From: the human T2T-CHM13v2.0 reference genome, Homo sapiens
DNA length: 64,000 nt
Reading direction: 5' to 3' (one strand)
Assembly (NCBI RefSeq): GCF_009914755.1
Contig: NC_060933.1
In this document: positions 26,263-39,467 of the stretch, one piece after another
Layout of the letters: each line of letters begins with the position of its first letter
How positions within the stretch are numbered: position 1 is the stretch's first letter
Position numbers and translations under genes: made by a program
Notes under the pieces: generated by a model
What the model saw: the letters and a program-made list of their open reading frames with translations, nothing else
Database searches by the model: none
What the model was told of the DNA's origin: nothing

Positions 26263-26370
26263 ATAAAATTAAATAAGATCTAAATAAATCTTATTTAATT
26301 TTATCAAAATTAAATAAGATTTAATTTTATCTTATTTATAATAATAAATTATATTATTGTAATTTATTAT
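26263..26370. repeat. Cluster of perfect short inverted repeats
   Basis: 17-bp arms at 26263-26279 / 26288-26304; third arm copy at 26306-26320; 11-bp arms at 26341-26351 / 26360-26370. Confidence 0.9.
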
Positions 26371-28084
26371 CATGCTCATGAACTGGAAGACTCAATATTG
26401 TTAATTTGCCAGTCCTCTCCATATTGCTCTAAAAATTCGACATATTCCCAGTCTAAATATCAGCAGGTTTTTATTAGGAAAGATATACAAGATGATTATA
26501 AGGTTGATATGGAGATACAAATGACCTGATATAACCAAGAAATTCAAGAACAGCAATGCTGGAGAACTTACAGTACCAGGTTTCAGTAGTTACTACAAAA
26601 TTACAAAAAACAAGGCAATTGCTATATTGTTGTTAAAGCTAGACAAATAGATCAATGGAACAGACTAGAGAAATAGACCCACACAAATATGAGCCTTTGA
26701 TTTCTGACAAAAGCACTGTAAACTATAAAACATGACTGAATAAAATTAAGAGCTAAACAAATGGAGAGATTATCATGTTTATAAACTGGAACTTAATTTT
26801 TAATATATGGTGCTGGAACAACCAGACATCTTTCCCCCACCAAAGTTAATCTTTATCCATTTTTTACATCATACACAAAAATTAATTCAAGGAAGTATCA
26901 GAGATTTAAATGTGAAGACTAAAATTGTAAAGCGTCGGTAGGAAAACATGAGAATATCTTTGCAACCCTGGGGATGACGGATGATTTATTGGGCAATATA
27001 CAAAAAGGACTAACTTTAAAAGAAAATAGACTGAATCAAAAATGATACTGCTCATCAGAAAGCCACTTCTCATCAATAAAGCAAACAGGCAAGTCACACA
27101 CTGGGGTAAAATATTTACAATACATATGCCTAACAAAAAAAGATCTGTGCCCAACATACATATTTTTAAATACCTACGAATCAATAAGGAGAAGACAAGA
27201 CAACTAAAACAAGCAAAAGACTCCATCTGTCACTTCACAAGGCAAAATGTTTGAATAGAAAGTAAACAAATAAAAAGATATTCAATGTCATTATTCACCA
27301 GGAAAATGAAAATTAAAATGATGAGATACAACTTCACACAACCAAAAAGACTAAAGTTAAAAGACCAGCAATGGAAGTGCTGATGAGGATATAGAGCAAC
27401 TGGGTTTCATATCCAATGATGGGAGAGCGGAAAGAAAAATGGTAAAATCACTTTGGAAAGATGTTTGCCAGTTTCTGATCAAGTAAACATTCATCTATCC
27501 TACGACCCAGAAATTTCACTCCTACGTATATACCTAAGAGACATGAAAGTATATAGCCACAAAAAGACGTACTCAAGAATGTTTATGGCAGCTTTATTTC
27601 CAAAAGTCCAAAATTGGAAATAACACAATGTACATCAAGAGAAAAATGAATCAGCAAGTTATGGAGTCATACCATGCACTGCTATATAGCGATAAGAAAG
27701 AGCAAATGATTGATACACACAGCTACATGGGTGATTGTCAAAAAGAGACATGAAAGAGTATATATTATAGGCTTCCATTTTTATGCAATTCAATACCAGG
27801 CAAAACTAATTTATGGTGATAAAAGTCATAATGATCTCTGTGTTGGGGCTGTTGATTAGGAGGGAACACAAGGGAACTTTCTAGGAGTGTGAAAATGTTT
27901 TATATCTTGTGTGGTAATCACAAGGGATATATACATTCATAAAAATTCACTGAGCTGTAAAATCAAGATTTGTACATTTTACTCTATCAATTACCTCAAT
28001 GTAAACAATGCTAAAAATCTTTATTGTACGTATTATTCTATATTCTTGACTTCCTGTACTTCCAAAAAAATTTTGATAGGCCCA

Positions 28085-29700
28085 AAATATTCATGTTGGG
28101 GTTTTGCTTGAAGTTGCACTAAATATATAAATTAACCCGAGGATTGATAACATATTGGATCATCCTATTAGAAACATATACTATGTCTCCATTTATTCAT
28201 TTTTATTTGAGTCTGTCTCTCATTGTTTTTTTTTCCTTAGCTAATCTAGAATTGGTATTGCAGACATTTTAATTGTATATTTTTCCATTATACTTACCAA
28301 TGTTGTTTTCATATAGAGGAAAATAATATTGTTATTTCTATTATTTTCCTTCTAGGATTTTGTGTTGTCATTTTTGCTTACATTCAAAATATCACTGAGA
28401 AATGGTAATACTATTACCTTGTTCTTGGCTAGAACTGTCAAAAAAACTACCTTTAAAAAGTAACGAAAACCAATGTTCCTGTCCTCTTTATGCGCTTGAT
28501 AAACATGCCTTTAGCATTTACCATTACATATGATGTTAGTGTTATGAGACAGCACTGTTTGCTACCATATTAGTTTTCCTTGTTTTGTCATGTTTGGATA
28601 TACAAATTTGCATCTCTAAGTATTAAAAAATACTTATAGAGCTTATACCTGTAATACCAGCATTTTGGGAGGCCAAGGTAGGTGGATCACTTGAGGCCAG
28701 GAGTTCGAGACTAGCCTGACCAACATGGCAAAACACCGTCTCTCCTAAATACTAAATACAAAAATTGGCTGGGCGTGGTGGCACTTGCCTGTAGTCCCAG
28801 CTACAGGCTGAGGCATGAGAATTGCTTGAGCCTGGGAGGCAGAGGTTGCAGTGAGCAGAGATTGTGCCACTGCACACCAGCCTGGGCAACAGCAACACTC
28901 TGTCTCAGAAAAAAAAAAAAAGTATAGAAAATGCATCTCCAGAATTTATAAAAATGTTCAAATATTTTTTTCCTTTGATCTAGTGATGCCATGATACATT
29001 GTGCTAATAGTGTTTCTACTATTATTTCATATTCTTAAATATCATTTTTCTTTTAACATAGTTCTACATTTGATTTGTAAAATATTGAAGTAGTTTTTTG
29101 CCTTTATATAGTAAACACATAGTTTTATTCTTGTCTTTCATAAACATTTTAGGTAGTTTTTTTGCCAAGTCATTGGAACCATGGAATTTTTTTCCTATAG
29201 TAAGCATTTTAGCAAGTTTTGCCTCAGTGATCATAAATGTAGAGTTTTAATTTTGTCTGTTTTGTCAGATTTGGCTATCAGTGTTATGCTAGCATTGTAT
29301 AATAAATTAGGAAACTTTCTTTCCTCTTGTAGACTCTGGAATATTTCATGTGCCATGGCAAATGCCAGTTATCAGAAGGTTTGAAGAAAACTCATAAAAT
29401 TGACTCAGGTATCCATCTTGGAGAAAATTATTTTGCAATGTTTTGTTTTCACCCTATATATTTAACTTTATTGGCAGTTTCTCTGTTTTGTCTTAATTTC
29501 TGTTTCTATCTTTAATTTTTTTCTCTTGCTTTCCTTAGTTTAATTTGAATATTTTCTAACCCCTTGATGAGCGTTAGCTTATTTTCATTCTTCCTTATTT
29601 AATAAAAAATGCACCAACAGAATACATTCTGGATATTTAGTTTCCAGCATATAAGATCTGAGATCCAATATCCTCATCATTTTTCAATAATCTCAAATTT
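28085..29700 (-). mobile_element. Old L1M fragments, antisense
   Basis: ggggttttgcttgaagttgcactaaatatataaattaa; tttagcatttaccattacatatgatgttag; ttggctatcagtgttatgctagcattgtataataaattaggaa. Confidence 0.6.
28640..28921 (+). mobile_element. Alu SINE
   Basis: Alu dimer lacking the first ~10 nt, with A tail. Confidence 0.92.
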
Positions 29701-29739
29701 GAGTTTTTTCCTACTTAACTCAAGAAAAGAGGCATATTT

Positions 29740-30178
29740 GTTAGAAATCCTGTTTGGCTGCTATAAATGAGAGATCCTAAACAATAGCGGCTAAAATGAG
29801 GTATATGTATGTCCATGCAGACAGTCTAGGGCTGAGGGTGCTTGGTCTTTTTCTTCTTTGCTATACTCCTAGTTTCCACAATATGCAGTTTCCCACCACG
29901 ATTTCAGATCACTCTTGTAGGTCCTAGCATCATAACCACATTCTATCCCACAGAAGAAGCATAAGGAGGAAGAAAAGGATTTGCAAAGTGTAAGTTGCAA
30001 ACATCACTGCGACCCACCATGTTGACCAGAATTTGATTGCATGTCCACATCTAGAATCCAGAATCAAGGGATCCTGGGAAATGTACTCTTTCACTGGTTG
30101 ACCATGGGCCCAATTAAAAATTCTATTATTATATAAAATGACAGCACAGATAAGCAGAGAACTATCAGTATCTGCACA
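29740..30178 (-). mobile_element. Old MaLR LTR (MLT1J/K-like)
   Basis: tttggctgctataaatgagaga...aatagcggctaaa; gggatcctgggaaatgtactcttt; ends atctgcaca. Confidence 0.55.
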
Positions 30179-30221
30179 GAGAGTTTTAAAAATATTTTCC
30201 ATTAGCTGTTTTATTTTAAAT

Positions 30222-30395
30222 TTTTGTTTTGTTTGTTTTTTCTTAGAGACAGGGATTTGCTCTGTTGCCTAGACTGGAGCATAGTGGCATGATCTTGGCT
30301 CTCTGCAGCCTCAAATTCCTGTGCTCAATCAATCTTCACGCCTCAGCCTCCTGAGTAACTAGGACTACAGGCACATGCCACCACGTCCAGCTCAT
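30222..30395 (-). mobile_element. Alu right arm only (AluJ-like)
   Basis: Right monomer with T tail, abutting the tail of the next Alu. Confidence 0.85.
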
Positions 30396-30682
30396 TTTTT
30401 TGTTTTTGTTTTGAGAGGGAACCTCGCTGCAACGACCAGACTGGAGTGCAATGGCGTGATCACGGCTTACTGCAACCTCTGCCTGCTGAGTTTAAGCAAT
30501 TCTCCTGCCTCAGCTGGGACTACAGGTGCCCACCACCACACCTGGCTAATTTCTGTATTTTTAGTAGAGACAGGGTTTCACCATATTGGCCAGGCTGGTC
30601 TCAAACTCCCAACCTCAAGTGATCTGCCTGCCTCAGTCTCCCAAAGTGCTGGGATTACAGGCATGAGCCACTGCACCTGGCC
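30396..30682 (-). mobile_element. Alu SINE (AluS)
   Basis: Reverse Alu dimer. Confidence 0.93.
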
Positions 30683-30733
30683 TAAATTTTTTTAAATTTC
30701 TAATATTTTTTCCAGTAAAACAATGGAATCTGA

Positions 30734-31092
<359 letters not shown>

Positions 31093-31690
31093 AATGATTA
31101 TATATTTTGAAAATATCCTTAGATATTAAGAAAGAATATGTTTATTTTGTGGAGTTGTAAGTTTCATATGTATTTATAACTCTGCTTTTCCATCTGGCTT
31201 CTCCCTGTCTATTCATACCTAAAGCACTTTATCTGTCAGTTACACTTCCAGGATGAACCATCCTATTTTCCTTTTACTCATTTTCCAGTTTTCTACAACT
31301 CTTCTATGAATAGACGCTTACATCTGGCAAAGGGGTAGACAATGACAGCTTCACATATCTTATTGTCACCATTCTGTAGAAATGTAACTTATTTTAGAAA
31401 TGGCTAGTTTTCTATTTTCCACTGATATTAAGTACCTTGCACAAATGTACCTCTTTGATAAAGCATTAGGGACTATAGTTATTAAAATAATATTAAAAAT
31501 AATGTAATATATTTCAAATTGTAGTTTCACTATAAATTAGTCTTTAAAATTTTTAACTACGTTTTCACATAATTTGGATATTTTTGGATTAAGATTTTAG
31601 AAATTACTGTATATTGTAGCCAAAATTCTTAAACAGCCTTTCTATATTTTCTAGTGGGAAGGACAAGCCTTATTCCATTTTTGTGGCATA

Positions 31691-31800
31691 TTGTCACTAT
31701 TTTTAATTTTTAAAAATTATGTCACTATTTTATAAATTTTCAAAATTGTCACTTTTATAAATTTAAAATTATGTTACTATTTTGTAAATTTTTAAAATTG
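31691..31800. repeat. AT-rich minisatellite, ~4 copies of ~28 bp
   Basis: Repeated tgtcactattttataaattttyaaaat(ta) units. Confidence 0.8.
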
Positions 31801-32320
31801 TACAAATTGTTCTGTAACTCCTGTCACAATTTCACATCTGTGCCTAAGAAATTATGTAAATTAAGCAATGCTGTTTAACAAACACAAAGTTTTTTTTATT
31901 TTATGAAATATAACCTCTTATATGTAGGGCAAAACTAAAAAGTTAAAAAAGTTATAGACCGGCAGCTGGTGAAGAAATACACTAGAAACTCTGCCGAGTT
32001 AAAAAATTATAGAAGCTGAAGTCTGACTCATAAGATGTGTTTTCCCAATGTCAGGTTAATAATTTTGTGTGTCTGGCACTGTGGTTTAACTGTAAAAACA
32101 ATGGAACTCCATCAAGTTGGGATTGTGTGGGGGAAGGCAAGAAGAAAGCAGTGAGGGGTAAGGAGGATATGATTTTAACATCTGAAACTCAACTCTATAA
32201 TGAGAAACAGGGGAGACATGATGTCATACTGTAGAAGGTTGCTCCACTGTATTTTTTTTTTTTCCAGGCTGGCTTGACCTAAGGTTTTCAACAAAGTCCA
32301 GATGGAATTGAGGGAGAAAC

Positions 32321-32368
32321 GTGTGTGTGTGTGTGTGTGCGTGTGTGCGTGAGTGTGTGTGTGTGTGT
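32321..32368. repeat. (GT)n microsatellite
   Basis: Alternating purine-pyrimidine tract. Confidence 0.95.
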
Positions 32369-32960
32369 AGGATTTAAAGCAGGGGGTTTCTCACTCATGA
32401 ATTTAACATGCTTGGATTTAATGCAGACCAAACACGGCCACCTCATTATTCCCTCCTCCTCGCTTCCTTACCCCAAACCTTTTAACCTCCCTCCGAATCG
32501 ACAGGATGCCATCTGGTCTGGTTAGTCTCCTGATCACTAACTGAAGGAGGTTCTTTAATTCTTACTGATGAGGAAGTCATTTATCATTTTTTCATCAACT
32601 CTAAGACTCAGGTTTGGCTTTCTGTTTTTGTTTTATTTTCATATTTTAATCTCTGAAATTTCGATGGGTCTTACAATCAAGCATGCATTATAGTTTAATT
32701 GGCAAAGCTTTCTTGTTTTATTCTTCATCTGCTATTTTTGTATTTTCCTTATTGGAACATAAAATAATGCTGCATTCACTATCAATGTTGCCCTAGAATT
32801 TATGAAATATGATAGCTCTAATGATGGTGACTGATGAGGCAGATGGGTTTTATTTGCTTTGTTTTGCTTTATTTGGTTTTTATTCTGGAGTGACCTCTCA
32901 ATTTAAGAAGAAACCTAAAAAGAAAGTCACCTAGGAGCTGATCTCTGTTCTGTGAAAGTT

Positions 32961-32998
32961 CACCTGTGTGGTTCCTCTTGATTATGCAAATATAAAAG
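32961..32998 (+). promoter_or_regulatory. Dense motif cluster: E-box, RUNX, ETS/PU.1, octamer, TATA
   Basis: cacctg-tgtggtt(cctc)-ttgatt-atgcaaat-ataaaag in apparently unique DNA. Confidence 0.4.
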
Positions 32999-33729
32999 CA
33001 GTAGTCACTTTTCACCTAGAAGAAAGGTCGCCCCTCCTCTGCAAAGCTTTATGAAGAGAATGTATCACCCTGCATAAGAAGCTCAGGTTTTTCAAAGAGG
33101 AAAGAATGAATAATCCAGACCCTATTCCCTCAAAATCCAAGGTTAGGGAACTACAGGGCAAGAGATGCTGAAAGAAAATGATAGTAAGCACACCAAAGAG
33201 AAATTGAAAAAATAATAATGATAATTGGCTTTTCTTATGTAGGTGCCACAAACTCAAGGCAAGCCTAATTTTAAGGGGGAAAGACTGAGATAGGAAGCCC
33301 TGCAGACTTAGCCACTCTGGCATAGTATTAGAAGGACAATGACCTGAATAGAACATCTGGTAGACCAACCAGGAACCATTGCAGTGCTGGCAGGAATCCA
33401 GACCATCCACAGCGTTTTCTCAACCGCAAGCTGAGCAGAACAAGCTTTACCATAGCAATAAGACACAAAAAGCAGTAGCGCCAGTGGATTGACTCAAACT
33501 GCCAGTCCTCAGTCTCCACCTGGCTTGGAAGTAAGACCGACACCCGCTAAACTGAGTACACCTCTGCATTCATGGAAAATTAATTGAAAATCAAGACACT
33601 TGTCAACCTTTTTGTTTCCAGCTGCTAGAGCAGACCACATGGCTAACAATGACTAAGTACCTGTTACAAATCAGGCATCATAGAAGAAACTTTTAAAATG
33701 TTCCCAATAATCAATGAGAAGTTGTGATT

Positions 33730-33865
33730 ATTCTAGGCAAACAGAGTCACAAGAGAAAGAGAAAAAAAAAAAAAGCTGTTGTCCAGAGACATAAAGCTAT
33801 TAAGCGGTAGATTGAATATTCAAGCCCAGGACAACCTGACTTGAAAAGTCATGTTCTTTTCACTA
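33730..33865 (-). mobile_element. MIR fragment
   Basis: attcaagcccaggacaacctgacttgaaaagtcatgttcttttcacta. Confidence 0.6.
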
Positions 33866-34967
33866 AATTATTTTGGCCGCCACTGAAGAGACAAGAAATC
33901 TCATGGGGAGACATTAGCAGATCAAGTTACTCAGAGATCATCCACAATACTTAACTGGTTGTTTTATGTCTGGATTAGATAATACAACCCATGTTTACAA
34001 TATTAAGAAGAAATATGAGATGGGCCCAGAACCAGCCATCAATTCCAGTGATGCACAAGCCTCCATATTTCCTTGGGTTCACTGTGAACTGGTTAATGCA
34101 AAGCTTGACAAATTTAAGACATCCTGAAAGTCCCTGATGAGGAGTTTTCTGGATAACCAAAGATGACCTCGATTCTCACTTCTCTTGTGGAGCCACTGAA
34201 CTCACTGTAGAGAGGCCTTGAAAATGTCTCTCAAAGTCTCTTTCCACATGTAAATAAAGAAAGCTGGAGGGGTTTGTCACTGATCTAAAATCCACATACT
34301 AAATGATCTTGCTGGAGCACCTCTAGAACCTAGTGGACTCTGCACTCCTAAAGGCAAAGGGATGACTAACACCATTGTATTATTTTAAAAACATCCTTTC
34401 TCTGTTATATGATGAATTGTGGAATAAAGGCAAATTTATATGAGTAAAAGACAAATATTTGTTTCATAATATTGTTTCCCCAGAAGGTGAGAAGCACTGT
34501 TACCAATTCAAATTACTATGTTTCCAGTCACAGCTATTAAAAAATCATAATTAGTGCCACACATGGAAATAGTTTCATCTTAAGTCCCTCTTCTTTTATG
34601 TAACATTACATCATGAGTTTCCTTCTAACCATTACACATTTCCACAACATGCCAAGGCTGTAATTTTGGGTATGCGCCATTAGGGATGCTAATCATGGAC
34701 TAGAAAGGAATAAAAGAATATAGGGCCTGCCTGCTAATACGTTCATGGGGGAAAAGGTAGCCAATGTCAGTGTCCCAGATGAAAGCATGCTTGAGAGGCA
34801 ATGGCAACCTACATCAATACATCAAAAGGCAGGAGTGGAAAACAAGCAAAAACTTAGAAAACATCTGCCCCAAACATTAGGGAATATGGGTTAAACTGTT
34901 ACGGATTCAAACATCTATAGAGATTTACTGAGATAATGATACCCAGAGGAAGGGTGACCTTTATAAA

Positions 34968-35076
34968 CAGGGTGATTATAGAATTTACCATTCAAACTGG
35001 GACATTATCGATAATTGCACTGGGAAAATTAGAAACCAGGGTATTCCCAAGGAAACTGAGACAAACGATTGTCTTA
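34968..35076. mobile_element. MER94-like hAT-Blackjack MITE
   Basis: cagggtgattatagaatttaccattcaaactgggaca...aaactgagacaaacgattgtctta. Confidence 0.6.
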
Positions 35077-36007
35077 TTTATATTTTATAGGTAATTAAGA
35101 AGATATGAAGTGGAAGAGTTCCTAAGGGCTCCCAGACAGTTTGGCTATTAATGCATTGGCAACAATTTTTGTACCATATTGTAAACTAATGGTAGGATCG
35201 AGAATCCCTGTTCTTACCCTGTTTCACTGCTTTCACCGTTAAATATTATGCTGCTCAAAGTTGGAAGCAATGTTTCAATATTATTTTAAAAATGCAAAAA
35301 ACAAGAATGGTCAAGCAGCGTTCATGAGGCAGAAACTAGAAGGTTCCTCAGGGCAGTGGTGTAAGAGTGTCCTAATGCATTCAGTGGAGACTGTACATTA
35401 TGTAAGATATATTAATTATACCGTATTCCTAAGGTCCTAGAACTGTTTCAGTTGTGCATTCATCCTAGTGCATCACTGTGATTCTAGGATTTCCCTTAAG
35501 CCCTTTTTTCTTTCTCTGCCACAGTAATGATAAATGGAAGGTCAGATTTTGGTGCCATGGATAAATGAGGAGTGGCGAAAAATGGGGTAGATTTGCATGG
35601 AGAAAGGCACCAGGAATCCAGTGGTTGGAGGAGTAGCAACCTCCACCACAACTCCGCAGGGATGCAGGTAGCACATCTCCATTTGCCTGAATGAGCAAGG
35701 AATGTATCTGTAGCAGGAACACAAGCTGATCCTCTGCTATAGATGGACTTCACAGACCTGAGCTAGTTAGTGTATGCATCTGAACAATCCTTGGCTCAGT
35801 AATGATATCCAGAAGATCCTCCTATTACTTCGACACTGTACACAATAAAGTCTTTTTCTGCTTCAACCAGCCACAGTCCATTTCTGTTGCATACAACCAA
35901 TTCCTTTAATGGATAAAACCATTCAGAAGTAGCTTGCCCTTCCTTCCCCCCATTCTTCTTATGGTGTAATGATTGTGTAAGTCCCAAATACCTATATTAA
36001 ATCCCTT

Positions 36008-36292
36008 CGTGGGGGAAGTGGGGATGGTTAATGGGTACTGAAAAAAAAAAAGAATAAGACCTACTATTCAATAGCACAATATGGTGACTATAGTTAATAA
36101 TTGTATATTTTAAAGTAACTTAAAGAGTGTAATTGGACTGTTTGTGACTCAAAGGATAAATACTTGAGGAGATGGATACCCCATTCTCCATGATGTGCTT
36201 ACTTCACACTGCATGTTTGTATCAAAACATCTCATATACCTTATAAACATACATAACTACTATGTGTACCCACGAAAAATTTAAAAAATAAT
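36008..36292 (+). mobile_element. L1MA (L1MA1-3-like) 3' end
   Basis: ggggatggttaatgggtac...gaataagacctactattcaatagcacaa...gtacccacgaaaaattt. Confidence 0.88.
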
Positions 36293-39200
36293 TTTAAATT
36301 TTATTTTTCTCCATAAATTATTGGGGTATAAGTGGTTTTTGGTAACATAAGTTCTTCAGTGGTGATTTGTGAAATTTTGGTGTACTCATCACCTGAGCAA
36401 TACGCTGTACCATATTTGTTGTTTACTATCCCTAGTGCCCCTCCCATGCTTCTCCCTGAGTCCCCAAAGTCCACTGTATCATTCTTATGCCTTTGAGTCC
36501 TCATAGCTTAGCTCCCACACATCAGTGTACATACGATGTTTGTTTTTTTCATTCCTGAGTTACTTCACTTAGACTAATAGTCTCCAATCTCATCCAGGTC
36601 ACTGCAAATGCTGTTAATTCATTCCTTTTTATAGTTGAGTAGTACTCCATTGTGCATATATATATATACACACACACACACACCACGGTTTCTTTATCCA
36701 CTTATTGATTGATGGGCATTTGGATTGGTTCCACGATTTTGCAATTGGGAATTGTGCTGCTATAAAAATGCATGTGCAAGTATCTTTTTCATGTAATGAC
36801 TTCTTTTCCTCTAGGTAGATACCCAGCAGTGGGATTGCTGGATCAAATGGTATTTCTACTTACCGTTCTTTAAGGAATCTCCACATTGTTTTCCATAGTG
36901 GCTGTACTAGTTTACATTCCCACCAGCAGTGTAGAAGTGTTCCCTCTTCACTGCATCCACGCCAACATCTACTGGGTTTTTTTTTATTTTTATTTTTTAT
37001 TATGGCCATTCTTGCAGGAGTAAGGTGGTATGGCATTGTGGTTTCGACTTGCATTTCCCTGATCATTATTGATATTTAGCATTTTTTATATGTTTGTTGG
37101 CCATTTGTATGTCTTCTTTTGCAAATTGTCTATTCATGTCCTTAGCCCACTTTTTGATGGGATTATTTTTTTCTTACTGATTTGTTTAAGTTCATTGTGG
37201 ACTCTGGATATTAGTCCATTGTCAGATGCATAGATTGTGAAGATTTTCTCCCACTCTGTGGGTTGTCTGTTTACTCATTGTTCCTTTTGCCGTGCAAAAG
37301 CTCTTTAGTTTAATTAAGTCCCAACTATTTATCTTTGCTTCTATTGCAGTTGCTTTTGGGTTCTTGGTCATGAAATCCTTGCCTAAGCCAATGTCTAGAA
37401 GGGCTTTTCCAATGTTATCTTCTAGGATTTTTATAGTTTCAGGTCTTAAAGTCCTTAATCTATCTTGAGTTGATTTTTGTATAAGGTGAGAGATGAGCAT
37501 CCAGTTTCAATCTCCTGCATGTGGCTAGCCAATTATCCCAGCACCATGTGTTGAAAAGAGTGTCCTTTCCCCCACTTTGTTTTTGTTTACTTTGTCAAAG
37601 ATCAGTTGGCTGTATTTGGGTTTATTTCTGGATTCTCTGTTCTGTTCCATTGGTCTATGTGCCTATTTTTATACTAGTACCACGCTGTTTTGGTGACTAT
37701 GGCCTTATAGTATAGTTTGAAATCAAGTAGTGTGATGCCTCCAGATTTGTTCTTTTTGCTTAGTATTGCTTTGGCTATGTGGGCTCTTTTTTGGTTCCAT
37801 ATGAATTTTAGAATTGTTTTCTCTAGTTCTGTGAAGAATGATGGTGGTATTTTGATGGGGATTGCATTGAATTTGTAGATTCCTTTTGCCAGTATGTTCA
37901 TTTTCACAATATTGATTCTACCCATCCATGAGCATGGGATGTGTTTCCATTTGTTTGTGTCATCTATGATTTCTTTCAGCAGTGTTTTGTAGTTTTCCTT
38001 GTAGAGGTCTTTCAGTTCCTTGGTTAAGTATATTCCTAAGTGTTTTTTTTTTCAGCTATTGTTAAGGGGGTTGAGTTCTTGATTTGATTCTCCACTTCGT
38101 TGCTGTTGGTGTATAGAAGAGCTACTGATTTGTGTACATTAATCTTGTATCCGAAAACTTTGCTGAATTCTTTTATCAATTCTAGGAGCTTTCTGGAGGA
38201 GTCTTTAGGGTTTTCAAGGTAAACGATCATATTGTCAGCAAACAGTGACAGTTTGACTTCCTCTTTACCAATTTGGATGCCCTTTCTTTCTCTTGTCTGA
38301 TTGCTCTGGCTAGGACTTCCAGTACCATGTTGAAGAGCAGTGACGAGAGTGGGCATCCTTGTCTTGTTCCAGTTCTCAGGGGGAATGCTTTCAACATTTC
38401 CCCATTCAGTATTATGTTGTCTGTGGGTTTGTCATAGATGGCTTTTATTACATTAGGTATGTCCCTCATATGCAGATTTTGCTGAGAGTTCTAATCATAA
38501 AAGGATGTTGGATTTTGTCAAATGCTTTTTCTGCATCTATTTAGATGACCGTGTGATTTTTGTTTTTAATTCTGTTTGTGTGGTGTATCACATTTATTGA
38601 CTTGCATATGTTAAACCATCCCTGTATCCCTGGTATGAAACCCACTTGATCATGGTGTATTATCTTTTTGATATGTGTTGGATTCAGTTAGCAAGTATTT
38701 TGTCACGGATTTTAGCATCTATGTTCCTCACAGATATCAGTCTGCAGTTTGCTTTTTTTGGTTGTGTCCTTTCCTGGTTTTGGTACTAAGGTGATGCTGG
38801 CTTCATAGAATGAATTGGGGAAGGGGTTCCTTCTTTATCTTGTGGAATAGTGTCAAAAGGATTGGTACTAATTCTTTGAATGTCTGGTAGAATTCTGCTG
38901 TGAATCCGTCTGGTCCTGGACTTTTTTTGTTGGTAATTTTTAAATTGCCATTTCAATCTTGTTGCCTGTTATTGGTCTGTTCAGGGTATCTAATTCTTCC
39001 TAATTTAAGCTAGGAGGGTTGTATTTTTCCAGGAGTTTATCCATTTCTTCTAGGTTTTCTAGTTTATGTACATAAAGGTGTTCATAGTAGCCTTGAATGA
39101 TCTTTTGTATTCCAGTGGTGTCAGTTGTAACATCTCCTGTTGCATTTCTCAGTGAGATTATTTGGATAACCTGGTACTGGGGGTTGTCTGCATAGAGCCC

Positions 39201-39467
39201 TGTGATATGAACCATCTATGGGTCTCTCAGCAGTGGATAACAGCACCTGTTCCGATGGAGGTTGCAGGGGGGTGCAATGGACCCTGTGAGGGTTCTTAGC
39301 TTTGGTCGCTTAATGCTCTATTTTTGTGTTGGTTTGCCTTCTGCTGGGAGGTGGTGCTTTCCAGGGAGCATCAGCTTGGTAGCATGGAGAGGAACCAGCG
39401 GTGGGCGGGGCCCTAGCACTCCCAAGATTATATGCCCTATGTCTTCAGCTACCAGGGAAGGTAGGAC
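36293..39467 (-). mobile_element. L1PB-type LINE-1, antisense, with ORF1 and EN region deleted
   Basis: L1PB 3'UTR at 36.3 kb; ORF2 peptides in minus ORFs (MGRINIVKM..., [28 protein letters not shown]); 5'UTR-like segment at 39169-39467. Confidence 0.88.

Larger units (their letters stand above)
24030..27990 (+). mobile_element. Long old LINE-1 (L1M/L1ME-like) remnant
   Basis: ORF1-like and ORF2-like degenerate sequence (ttatagaccaatattcctcattaacacagat; tggtgctggaacaaccagacatc; acgacccagaaatttcactcct) and an L1ME-type 3'UTR. Confidence 0.75.

Noticed and set aside
30222-30682. Apparent trimeric Alu
   Set aside because: Arms differ in subfamily and age; better explained as an AluS inserted next to a truncated AluJ right arm
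31691-31800. Repeat array resembling CRISPR periodicity
   Set aside because: Spacerless AT-rich minisatellite in a mammalian genome; no cas genes
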